DNA of 40,482 nucleotides from Perkinsus olseni (Eukaryota): NCBI GenBank assembly GCA_013115125.1, contig JABANN010000047.1, positions 62,001 to 102,482 of the forward strand, read 5' to 3'. Shown piece by piece: positions 12,259 to 23,269 of this stretch (position 1 is its first letter; each line of letters starts with the position of its first letter). The notes under the pieces were generated by a model. It saw only the letters and a program-made list of their open reading frames with translations, ran no database searches and was not told where the DNA came from. The position numbers and the translations under genes were made by a program.

Positions 12259-15182
12259 ATGGGTGGCACTGCCGGTGGGAAATATTCTAATAAGGACGGT
12301 GAGCATGACGCTCTAGTGAAGAAAATAATAATAAAATCTGAAACAACGGTGCTTCTTAACCCGCCCAGGCAGCATGGAGGTCCTTGGTACCATCATTCGT
12401 GCAAGAGACAGGAAAAATACGGACGGGCGGCGCACGAGTAGTCACCGAAACGTATTACTACGGAATCACTCAGACTGATCGTAGTTATTAGTCAGCCCGC
12501 TCTAGGAAAACACTTTACTCCCGGGCCCGGAGTCCGGGCACCACGGCGAGTATCTTTAATACTCGTAATCGTCATGAATCAACCTACGATTTCAATCCCT
12601 CTTACTGCGTGCGCAGACATTTTCGCGCTCGCCCTGATGATCGATTTGTTTCATCGGGTTCCATCGTCTCCGACCAACGGTCTTACACCATTACTGGACT
12701 ACCTGTGCACTCAACAACCCATTCGCTTACATTAATTGTTATTTGTTGACGAAAAGTTGGTATTAATAAACACATGGGAGGTTCTCGAGGAGGCAACATC
12801 AAACACCGGCGTAATACCCTGAAACGTGACCGCAATTTCTGATGAAAAAACCGTATATCGTTTCAGCTCGTGGTGGCGGTACTCACGGCCGAGACCGAGG
12901 GCCCTTGAGAGGCCCTGTTCGAGGGAAAGGAAGCCGTGGCCCGGTCAAAGAAGATCGTAATATTCCGAGAAGTGCATGGGTCAACCTAAGATACCTTTGA
13001 TTCAGGGCCACCACCGCTGTGTGATGAGGATGTTTCTACTATGGCCTGTCGGGCTTTCATGACGGGAGACTGTCCAAGAGGAGGAGATTGCAGGTAGTAT
13101 GACAAGATATGCGTGAGGTTAACCTTTTTTGTGAATGCCATGGATGGAGGTTGAGGCGTATCTTCAGGTATCTTCACTACGTGAAGAGGTTGCACGAAGT
13201 TGTTGACGCACATTCTGATGGAAAATGCATCAATGATGTTATCCTTATTGGCGATACACTGTTCACCGGTAGTATCTTAGGTCGACCCTAGGATAACACA
13301 GATCGCATGATTCAGGTGGTTCTGACGGTAAATTACGCACATGGAAGGCCGTCCCAACCCCTGCTGGTACGATCATTTCGTGGCGCAGTGAAAAATCTCC
13401 GTCATTTCAGGTCACATTGAGCTCACTCCCGACCTTATAGTGGACACGGACGGGCAGCCGGTGATGTCCGTCCATTTCGAACCGACTCGGGACGAGGCAG
13501 GCAACATGACGGGAGGAGGCGTTATGTTCTGCGGCTTGGCAGACGGTAGAGTTCGAGTGTAATAAACCTGCTGGGGTGACGCGTGAAGGGATGTGGTGCC
13601 TTCTTCAGCTTCGACAAGACAACAGGTGCCGAGTTTGATTTGCTAGGGCATGCGAAGGCAGTACATAGTCTTGGCGTCTTGCAAGGGGTAGTAGTGGCTG
13701 AGGGGTGATGCGGTGGAAATGTGGTATAGATACTGGTAACGTCATCATGGGATGGCACAGTACGGCTGTGGACCCCTAAGGAAGGGACTTATCAAAATAC
13801 TCATACCATCGAGATCGGGTACCCTGTGAAGTGCATGACGGTAGTAGCGGGAGAGTGCTCTCATCTCTTGCGAGCTTCAAGCCCCGAATAACAGTAGGGG
13901 GGCCAGTTTTTCATCATCACCGTTATGCGAGGCGCGCACGTCTCTTAGATGCCTTTCAGCGCTCACCTTAAAGGTGAAAATTTCTAAAGGGTAAAAATTT
14001 CTAAAGCTGACCACTAACTTTTAAATAGTTAGTCTATACATCAAAAAAATCCACACTTCAAAATGTATGTACCACCCAACTTTTATCAAATCCAAATGAT
14101 GCTTCTTGTGAACCAGAAAGTCTTAGTTTTTCGAATTTGCCCAAGAAATGGAAGGCACGCTCCTTAATTTTTACAGACGAGTATCTATTATTTTTATTAA
14201 TTATGAATACCAAAATTTGCGTTCATCGCGTTTTGTGCTTCGAAGGGACCCGTTTTCTAGGCGTTTCTGATGGTGTCCAATCTGAAAACGAAAACTGTCT
14301 TTGTTGTGTCCAAACTCGGTCCCTACTTTTTTATGATATCCTCGTGTTCTCGTCGCTTTTGGGAGAGTCGCCAGGGGGTAACCATGCCAAGTACGCTTTC
14401 AAGCCTGGATGGTGGAAATTTTCGCACTTATGGCGGGCCACTCTGTGGCGATAGTGAAAGTCCTTTTGAGTAGAGTCCATTTTGATCGGTATATCCAGGT
14501 ATACTCGCGTCTGCCTTGATGGGCACAAAAGCTAACTGCCTGTCTTCACTGACTCCCACCCGTACCACTAGGACGTCTTTATTTTATAGTAATTATCAGA
14601 TTGCCGAGCAAACGATGTGGATCGGCGGAGTATGCGGCATTACCGGTATTAGTATTATGGACCTCACCATACAGGGACGGATAGATACCCAAAGTCCTGT
14701 TATGAAGATGCTCATGTAATAACGTCGGGGCGCGTATCTAAGGTTGATCCTTGCAGTTCACAGATGAGGTTCTACTGGTTAGATACGAAAATCACGTCGT
14801 GGCCATAACATTGGACGGCAAGTTGTTCGTGTTTGATCCCAAGTAGTAGTCGAAGCACTAATTTCGTGGCGCGCGACATTTTCCCTCCCTTCCCCAGCGG
14901 TAACGAGACGGCCAGCATGGACTGTGCCCTGAACTACGTTCATAACGGAGACAAGTTGCGCAAGCCCTGCTGCAATTCCTGTCTGGATGGGGTGGTCATC
15001 AACGGCAAGGCGGCACGTAAGTCGGTCGAATGAGGCCGGGCGTCGAGGGGTCTTCTCAGTTCTGGTGGGCCAAATGAATGGAAGCGTTCGGGCGTACACT
15101 CTGCCGACGTTGAAGCCGTTGGTGTGGTGGCAAACGGCTATGCAGAGGAAGAACGCAGACGTTCGGATTGTGAAATCACTTG
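12259..15182 (+). CDS. CCCH zinc finger + WD40-repeat protein, multi-exon; 3' end unresolved
   Basis: Spliced exons give CRAFMTGDCPRGGDCR|YLH (C-x7-C-x5-C-x3-H). WD repeats follow: AHSDGKCINDVILIGDTLFTG|GSDGKLRTWK, FCGLADGRVRV|FD, LLGHAKAVHSLGVLQG|ILVTSSWDGTVRLW and VLVGQMNGSVRAY. Confidence 0.82.
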
Positions 15183-16816
15183 GTGAGGAGGTCGCGGGTT
15201 TCGATCCCGGCATGTTGCATTTTTTCTCTTGTTTTAGTTAACACGAATCTCTTCGTGACTGGCTGTGCAGATGGAAGCTTGTCGTTATGGCAGTGGCAGA
15301 ATATGGGATGAATCGTCCCTCCCCTGGCCCCCCTCCTCAAAAACGTTGAATGCTGATGTCCGACTGTCTGCTGATTGCAATATTATTAATAATAACAACT
15401 CGCCATTCACGATGGTGAAGCCTGAAGCTAGTTTCGAGTTTACTAGTGGGGTACTCCAAAGACTGCCACATGGCTTCGTAACAAGAAGGGTGCGGCCCGG
15501 CCGCGACCAAGAAGAAGAAGAAGAAGTCTTCGGGCTGGACCCTCTAGATGAGTTCAAACCTCCTTTGTTGCGACTCGTGTTTGAGAGCAACACCCTCGAA
15601 CTAATTCACACACCCGTGGTCCCGGACCCCGATGCTCAGGGGCCCGGCAGCGCCGAGCCGGCACACCACAACTATGAAGGAGCCACCGGTACACTGTGCC
15701 GTACAAGCGGCCGAGGTCTTTCGGGAAGGGAAGGCTATAGACATGATCCGTTGGACTACCTAACTCTGTCAAGTTTATTCCGCTGACCCTATCGAGGCGC
15801 CAAACATAGAGGGGGGCAGAGGGAGCAGATGGTCCTTCTAAGTCAAGCTTGGGAGCAAGCATTGGGGGGTCAAGCATGGACCCCCCTCCGGCCTGAGCTG
15901 AATACAGGCGGGCGAAGATCCGTTTTGACGAACTTCCGCAGTTTATATTCACAGCCAAGGCCGACTTACGTTCTACGAACTCGGGCATTCATTCACCTGC
16001 GTCAATTCTTGCGACGTTTATGAACAATTTCTGTCTCGTCGAGTTCCGGACTAGGGCTCGGAACCTTTGCTGGCCTGGGCATGTTCCTGCTCATTGTGGG
16101 GGTTGCCATTAATTCGCACTTTGGCGCCCATCGGAGGCTCTGATGGTATGGGAGCTACGCTCAAGCTAGTGGCGAATGACGATGGGACAGCAGATGTGCA
16201 AAATCCGGGTGTTTCTAGAGAGTCGGTCTTGATCACCTTGGACAGTTCTGTCATCCACAGGAAGGATGGTTGGTATACCCAGTCCTTAGAATAATAGTAG
16301 ATTTGGAAGCAGGGCTTCAGGGGCCTCTCACGAACACTCGAAAACACGACAGCGCGAGGAGTTCAACGGACGAATGGATGGGAGTACTTCAAGAACGGTT
16401 GTAGTCGTCCGAGTAGCATAAAATGAGTATGAATCCCAGGTGGCGGGAATTCATGCAAACTGCCAGCAGAGAGACGGCCGAGTGGAAGTAGAGGTCTGCG
16501 CGCTCACTCCGGGCCCTCGGCCGCCGTCTCCTCCCGGCGACTCCACGTGTTCCCTTATTGAAAGCGAAAATACCCGAAAATCCAGATGAGGCAGATCCTC
16601 AGTCGGGACTACTTATTGAGTGAACTAAAGAGGAAGAGCTAGCGGTATATCTGATATCCATCAGACCAGAGTTGATCAGTGTGGCAACTCAGCAGCAGCA
16701 GCAGCAGCAGCACGCGTGGAGTTTCTGAACTGAATGCGAACCGGTATGCCCTTCCTCGCCCTTCATGCAACTTCTCTCCCTCGGCCATTCCTCAGCCTTA
16801 CCAGTATCCCTCTACT

Positions 16817-17983
16817 ATGCCCACCACCGGCAACGGCCTTATTCCTGCGTTAGGACTCCTTCTCCAAGTTCGCCTGGGAGGGGCCGTCCGCCCTGCTATC
16901 GAGCCCGGCTGCTATGAAGGTCGAGTGGACCCCTCTCGTCCCATTGGCGGCAATCTTTATGGTATCGCCATGAACGTCAGCTGGGGTGCCTCTGAGGGAC
17001 GCAAGCCTGTAACCAGTATGCAGTTCCGTGTTGAAAAGACGCAGCCCACGTTCGAGGTCGTTGACGTGGGGCGCATTGAGTGGGCTGCCACTGCCTGCCT
17101 GTCGTGTAAACAGCTTGAGTTAGGCCCTGGTGAGATATCCGAGGTTCAACAATGCTACCGACCGATTCGTTGGAGCAGGGAAGCAGCCCAAGCCCTTCAC
17201 CGTCTGTATGATGTGCTCACCGTGAACTTAACGCCGGAGACTTTCTCTTGGCCGATTAGACTGTCCTCGGTCCCCAGCGGTCAATGGTACATCTCCCTCG
17301 ATCAATTTACGGGGTTCCCGGGCCATTCTGTCCTAAGACTCGCTGTACTGATGGAAAAGAAATACGGGATTCCCCGGGTGTTGCCGCCTCCTGATCGACC
17401 AAAAATAGGGGTCGCTGCTAGCCCGACCATCAGCACTCCCGTTGGTGATCCGAGTCCTACTAGTCTCGCGAGAGCCGGCGAACTGCCGCTCGGATGCTTC
17501 CTCAACTTGAACGTCGTGGGAAGGCTTACACGCGTCTACTTGACACTTCGATCGGATACGTTGGGATCACCTATCCTGGGTAATTTGACCATTTCTGCGA
17601 GACCCTCGAGCGATGCCGCCAAAGATACCACTCAGGCAAACGTTATGGCCATACGGGACATGCCCCTTCACCGGACCCCTGGTTATAACAATTACGTCTT
17701 CGCTGGTTATGGCAACTCTACAGTACAGGCTGAGATGGATAGTGTAATTTCCGCGTTTGGCCGTAGTGTTGGAATCGATAACCTCACCCTGGCGTCTGTG
17801 GTACTGAAGAGGCCGAGGCGCAGGGGCCAGCTATTAGAACTGCAGCTCGGCCGGGAGGGGGCGAACTCCTCGAGAGTTATCCTGGACCACGTCTACCCCA
17901 TCGGATACAACCCGAGGGAAGTGATGCCTTCGTGTTGTGGTAGGGGAAGTCGATCCCCTCACGACGGTCACTCCACCAATTGA
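16817..17983 (+). CDS. Intronless hypothetical secreted protein, possibly two related domains
   Basis: Long ORF (434 aa from 16679). First ATG at 16817 is followed by a hydrophobic stretch (LIPALGLLLQVRLGGA). A Pro/Thr linker separates halves starting IEPGCYEG and LPLGCFLN. Confidence 0.65.
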   Translation: MPTTGNGLIPALGLLLQVRLGGAVRPAIEPGCYEGRVDPSRPIGGNLYGIAMNVSWGASEGRKPVTSMQFRVEKTQPTFEVVDVGRIEWAATACLSCKQLELGPGEISEVQQCYRPIRWSREAAQALHRLYDVLTVNLTPETFSWPIRLSSVPSGQWYISLDQFTGFPGHSVLRLAVLMEKKYGIPRVLPPPDRPKIGVAASPTISTPVGDPSPTSLARAGELPLGCFLNLNVVGRLTRVYLTLRSDTLGSPILGNLTISARPSSDAAKDTTQANVMAIRDMPLHRTPGYNNYVFAGYGNSTVQAEMDSVISAFGRSVGIDNLTLASVVLKRPRRRGQLLELQLGREGANSSRVILDHVYPIGYNPREVMPSCCGRGSRSPHDGHSTN

Positions 17984-18859
17984 TGGCTCGTCAGTGATGG
18001 ACGCTTGCTTGTCGAAGATTTTTTTGAGTTTAATTTTTATAGATGTCCTCGATGCACAACTCTATCAGCGTCGCTGTCAATGTTGAGTTGACCAGTTGCA
18101 GTACGTTGGGCAGCGAGAGGAGATCATTCTAGTGACGAGGTTCACTCATCTCCAACCACAGCGTTTGGACCCTAGTCTCTCCGACTGCTGTTCGTACTCA
18201 CATCTTGAGAGGGAGCCGGTCAGTACGACGATCCCGATCATCGCCGCAGAACAGTTTCAAAATCCTGGTGGTATGGTCTTATAGCGAATAGCAAGGTCGC
18301 TATTTCCTCACGGATGTTATCCAGCCCGTTGCCTGATGCTGTCCGATATTCACGCCATCGGGACCACCCAGAAGCGTAACGAGCGAAGCCCACTGGGTGC
18401 ATAGGGCAGCTCTCGGGCACCCCCCTTCGCCCAGTCGAAGTGTGAGCAGATATTCTCAAATGCTCAGGCAACTTTCCCAACGAGAAAAATAAGTGCCGAC
18501 CTGCCGTGTAGAGTTCCACCAAGATTAATGACGAATAGCCTTCCGCTCGAGGAGACATCATCACTCTCGCTTCTTACAAGGCTCATTGAGTTCTGCGTTC
18601 GGCTGACCTAGTATTATTAATGTTGAGTAGCGACGCGCAGTACCACACCTTTCCATCATCCTAATACCTCTCAATGAGGATAGGCCAGGTGTCATTTGCA
18701 AGTGCGGCTACCCGAACTGTCGTATACCCCCCTCATGACTAGGTAACTCGATACAAGCGTGAGTGGTAGTAAATAGTCACTGACAGTTCAGTGAGCACTA
18801 AAGCAACGGAACCGAGTCTGCTATCATCGCGCACAGCAAAGATTCCGATTTTCTAACGC

Positions 18860-19559
18860 CTCGGGAAATAACATATGGTACACAAGAAGCTGCTCATCTC
18901 ACAGCTCCGGCCATCCTTCTCGAACTCGAAAGAGCTTGCCAGAACGGCGAGGCCAGCGACAAGGAAACGACCTCGAGGGCTTACAAGGTGGACGAGGAAG
19001 ATAGCCACGAGAAAATTGTACAACATAATAATGCGCCTAGGCAGGAATTGGGCGAAGGGTTGAATGACGAGCCAAACGAGAAGGTCTCCGGAGGAGCAGA
19101 CCTTGATCTGCTGACCGCGTTGATCGTCCTCAGGCTTCTTATCGACAACAAAAGTGCATCTAGGAAATACAGAAGGCGTCCTATGGGAGAAGGAGGAACT
19201 CCAGCGATGCATCTACGAATTAGTAACTGAGAAATATCAGGTGAGCCCTTCTCATTGCTCGGGATCCGCCATCAATACTGCAGGTCCATGTGTGTGTCAG
19301 ACTAATGACTTTGGACTGACCCGCACAAGGCAGACCGCCAGTGGCCACCATCAAATTCTCAAGCCCGATGGTGGACGATCCCCTCGCCCCTGCCCCTCTA
19401 CCTAGTTATGTGGAATTCACAGAGCTGCTCCCGTTCTGTAATGGAGGGCTCTTCCGTCTGAAGCTTAGAGTCCCTTTAGAACCCCAACTGTCAAACTGGA
19501 GGACGCCTCCCAAGATGCATCCGACGATAGTAAGCATATCAACGCCGGGCTCGATCTAA
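18860..19559 (+). pseudogene. Degenerate coding-like fragments of an unknown gene
   Basis: Protein-like stretches switch between frames (18875, 18988, 19154, 19341), with one GTGAG donor at about 19240. No family recognised. Confidence 0.3.
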
Positions 19560-19576
19560 CAATAACACCAGCATCA

Positions 19577-20784
19577 TCACCACAGCCACTCAGAGGGAAG
19601 CCTCTGAACGTCTCGCAGCGAAGCATCGTCTAAGTACGCTGCATGCCGACACTGCAGAGAGCCGCAGACTGAGCACATCGGCAAGGGTCCGACTAAGCCT
19701 TGAGCGTTGGAATATAACCGCACACTAACTGAGACCACGATTAGTTTCGTGGGGAAAGCAGCGCCCTGATCTACTACCTCGAAATGGTGACCCTCGTAGT
19801 TGTTCTTATCCCACCTAACCCTCGCCACCTCCCCACGGCTCGGATGGGATATGACGATGCTACTGTTAGAGTCCGCAACAAAGACAAGACCTAAAACATC
19901 TCTCAATGATCGCTCTCGCCGCCGCCGCCGACCGCCACCCTCTACTACCTGTTATAGAACACTCGGCCCGAGTTTTGCCGAGGACGCTCCTGTGCTGCAC
20001 GATGTTGGCCAACTCCTCGTTTTCAGGTGTAGTCAAGACGACATTATCATCGCCCCGCTGAGCACATACCACACTTCACCATCATCGTAGCAGTACGATG
20101 GTATTACATGTATGGTTGACAGCAAGAGCAGTCCAGTGGTGCAGTCCAAGATTTGAGCATTTTCGCCGAACCTGTGAGCACCACTACTGACCGGAGCTCC
20201 ATGCTACGGCTCTTACTTGAGCATGAGCATGATGGGCTTTCCTTTAGAATCCAGTACAGAACTGGAGTCCCCGTCTGCTCCAAGATTGGCTATGTTAGCC
20301 GTTAAATCCTGAGTGGGGATCGCTATCAGTACAGACTGACGACGAAACGGTCGATAGAGGTTGTGTCGAGCGGAAGAACGCTGACGATGATGATCACAAC
20401 GGTGCAAGACTATCTGCTCCAGAGCTTGATGCGTGCAGAGTAGGAGAGCCCGATCACCAATATAAGGGCTCATCTTCCAGTGGTTCGAAACGGGAAGGGA
20501 GCCAAACAAGCGATGGTCTATCTGTTATGTAATTCTGTCATCCATTACAGGCCACAGACCAAAGCCCCCGCTAGTACCATTTTTTTAGTGGCGATCCATT
20601 TAGGATTTGACGACCACCCCATAACTTCGATGGCAGATCGGCTCTCGGGAGATCTGATACCAACTTTTCCACTACTCACACGTCGCCGTTCGGAGGTATA
20701 TTACATTGAGCGCAACGCGCCGGGACCGGCTGTGCTGGGCAGTGGTTTTGGCGAAGATGCATTCTTTGAAGTAGTACATCCCAT
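19577..20784 (-). CDS. Putative dually acylated LURP-one/Tubby-C/scramblase-like protein, multi-exon
   Basis: ATG 20784 gives MGCTTSKNASSPKP (MGCxxS motif). Later exons splice in frame: SVLDSKGKPIMLMLK|FGENAQILDCTTGLLLLSTIH|RGDDNVVLTTPENEELANIVQH...ITG|LVFVADSNSSIVISHPSRGEVARVRW. Fold assignment is by pattern only. Confidence 0.5.
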
Positions 20785-21439
20785 AGTAATGGTGGTCCCA
20801 AGAAAAGAACTGATGAGGGCAAGCCTGATGGTTTTATCCACGAGAGTCTAGCAGTATGGGGAACCAGAAAATTCTCTTCGTTGTGGTGAATCGAGGGAAC
20901 GATCTGGAGGTGTGGTTCGCGGCAGCAACAGCTACTGTTCTTTTCACGATAGAGGGACACTAGCTGCTGCTTCCGCCGCGATCCAAGTCCTGCCACTATC
21001 CGAAGAATACGCCCTAGGCCAGAAAGAATGGCATACTTGCAGCTGGGCATTGCGCTTTAGCCTGGCAGGGATACCGTAGCCTGTGTGATGCCACCCTGGA
21101 GTACCCATGATGGGTAACCCATCCGTCGTTGAAATTGGATCCCTGACTTTTGAAACCAAACTGCTGCCATCGTTTGGCCGTCCACGACAAAGCTCTCCCC
21201 AAACGCAATAATGAGCTACCCGCTGAACGGCCAGCGAATGCGTCATCTCAGAATACGAGGTCGGCCAGTGGGATCGCCGTGTCCTTCTCGAGTGGTACAT
21301 TGAGCGCAACGCTCCCCGCTACGCAGTACCTCCGATGTATATGCTCACTATAAGAGTAGTATACAGCTAGAGGCTCGAGATTGCCGCCGGACGGCAACAG
21401 AAAATGCGAAAACTTTAAGGCGCGCGCTCAGGCACGAAA

Positions 21440-21720
21440 ATTGCGCTCGTCACACGATCGATCCTCTTCGTTGCGTTGCGACGGTCGTTGCGTTGCCAGA
21501 CGTCGAAAAGTTCAGTTTCATCATGATTCATGAAACTGAACTTTCATGATGAAACTTTCATCGTGAACTACACGCCGTGAAGCATTACTTGCTAATAGTC
21601 TAATAATTACTAATTATTAATTAGACTCTAATTTAGCGGTCTTGCTAAATTAGCAATGCTAATGAAGTTGCTATCTCCCAGTCGCTGGGAGTCCCAGTCT
21701 GGGACTCAGTGGGAGATGCT
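21440..21720. repeat. Field of nested palindromes and hairpins in a divergent intergenic region
   Basis: Examples: aaagttcagtttcat (21507-21521) / atgaaactgaacttt (21530-21544); agtctaat...attagact; atttagc...gctaaat; atctccca...tgggagat enclosing gagtcccag/ctgggactc. Confidence 0.85.
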
Positions 21721-21801
21721 TCTGCAAATTGCTTGAATCGAGTTGCTTTTATGACGGATATCCTCTCAGGTTTATTGTACTACTGTACGAATCGTCCACC
21801 A

Positions 21802-22809
21802 ATGGCCATCATCGCACTTTGGCTCGCCGTTCTCGACCTCCTCTTCGGGCTCGTGAACTCTGAAGCCTGGCCGATTTACATCGACGAGGCTGTACTGGAG
21901 AAGTGGCTCGACTTCACAGTGAACCCGCCCACGACTACAAGTACGACTCCGGTGCCTGTTGGATCCCTGCCTAGCGAGGAGCAGTTGCGAACTACGAACC
22001 AACCTACCGTTCGTATGTTCACCACAACAGCACCTTCGTCTAGCACGGTGACAACGACTCTGCCGAAGTCTACTGCTACAGCGGGGCTGTCGTTGGATGC
22101 GTTGGACTTGGAAAGCTTCAGCCTTGACAAAGTCCTCCGCTTCACGACGGGGCCCGCGGGCGCTGGGGAACTGCCGGGAGCCCAGGGTACTGACGAAGTT
22201 CATAGTGAATCAACGAAGGCGCTATTCAGCGCGGAACAGTTGAAGAACATGAACTTGGACAGGACTCTGGCTCCCTGGGACTCAGCCGGTACACCTCCGA
22301 CTGAGATCAAAGAGCCACTCTCCGATGGAGTTGAGGAAAACGTTGCTCAAACGTAAGTTCTTAGCAACCATCCGAGGGCTAACATCTTTTTCCGCGTTCA
22401 AGTTCTTTCTGAATTGCTCTTTCAGGAAACGATCAGTCGTCGACAGCGGCAGCCCATCAGCGGAGAACTCCAAGATTCTGGTCGCAGTTCTAGTTATTGC
22501 GGCTGGGGTACTTGCCATTGTATGCTTGCAACTGGCCGCTATGGTGGTCTGGTTCTGCCGATGGCATCAGACTACGAAAGCTACGGTAAGAGTCGCTTAG
22601 ATTCCAAGTCCTGACTGAAACTATTTCAGCCTGAAATTTTCAGGTCGACGGCGGAGCTCGGGCAGGTCAAGCGGGCAACACTCCGGCAGCGGAAGATGGG
22701 TAAGGATCGCTGAGGCTGCGTCATTCGACGCAGCTGCATAGTTTCCATATCACTTCGTGCTTCTTTTGTCAGGCCGGGTGATGATGCTCAGCGGCTTGAT
22801 ATAGTATAG
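21802..22809 (+). CDS. Type I membrane protein with a Thr/Ser-rich mucin-like ectodomain, 4 exons
   Basis: Signal peptide MAIIALWLAVLDLLFGLVNS, Thr-rich region and TM helix ILVAVLVIAAGVLAIVCLQLAAMVVWF. Three GTAAG...CAG introns give a continuous frame to TAG 22807-22809. Confidence 0.78.
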
Positions 22810-23129
22810 TCGCTTAAGCAACTCTTGAGGCATGAGGTTTTTGAGGAATGCCCGTTCATGGATTATTTTTGATGTTGAATGACATATACTTTACGAAGTT
22901 ACGAGTCTACAAATCTAGTTAGCGGCGGACCGATTCGGAACAGGTTCACTGGCTGCGATTCAATTGCAGTGATTCTGATAGAATCTCTTCTCACCTGTCC
23001 CGATGATAGTAGGACCTCACATACAAATGAGGTCGATACTATCATCGGAAATTCCGATGATAGTATCGACCTCACTTCGGTTCGGAATGTGGTCGATCAT
23101 TTCTCCACTATGGAGTGCATTCAATGCAC

Positions 23130-23268
23130 AGCGACGCTGTTACCCTCTTCGTGCTGGTCCCCTCCAATATTGGAAGGACGGTTTCCTTCAGTAGTCAAGA
23201 GTGGGTACCACCGGTCGAAGATATCTGCGATATGTTCTCTCGGGGAGTCAGCAAGTTCTACCTAGAGG
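23130..23268 (+). pseudogene. Truncated 5' paralog of the downstream GH18-like gene
   Basis: VSFSSQEWVPPVEDICDMFSRGVSKFYLE closely matches VSFSSQEWVLPVDDICNMFSRGVNKFYLE at about 24694-24780. Similarity stops abruptly after ctagagg. Confidence 0.85.
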
Positions 23269-23269
23269 T

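Noticed and set aside
13272-13287. Intronic motif as an extended branch-point or U2-pairing signal
   Set aside because: It occurs in both orientations and sometimes right next to the donor, which is inconsistent with a branch site.
15265-16347. 173-aa ORF and neighbours as a separate gene or as WD40 3' exons
   Set aside because: No recognisable motif, and I could not build a consistent splice path.
21073-21081. Spliced-leader relic (accgtagcc; also ccgtagc-ttggctc at about 34864)
   Set aside because: Only short partial matches to the perkinsid SL as I recall it, compatible with chance, and not positioned at a gene start.
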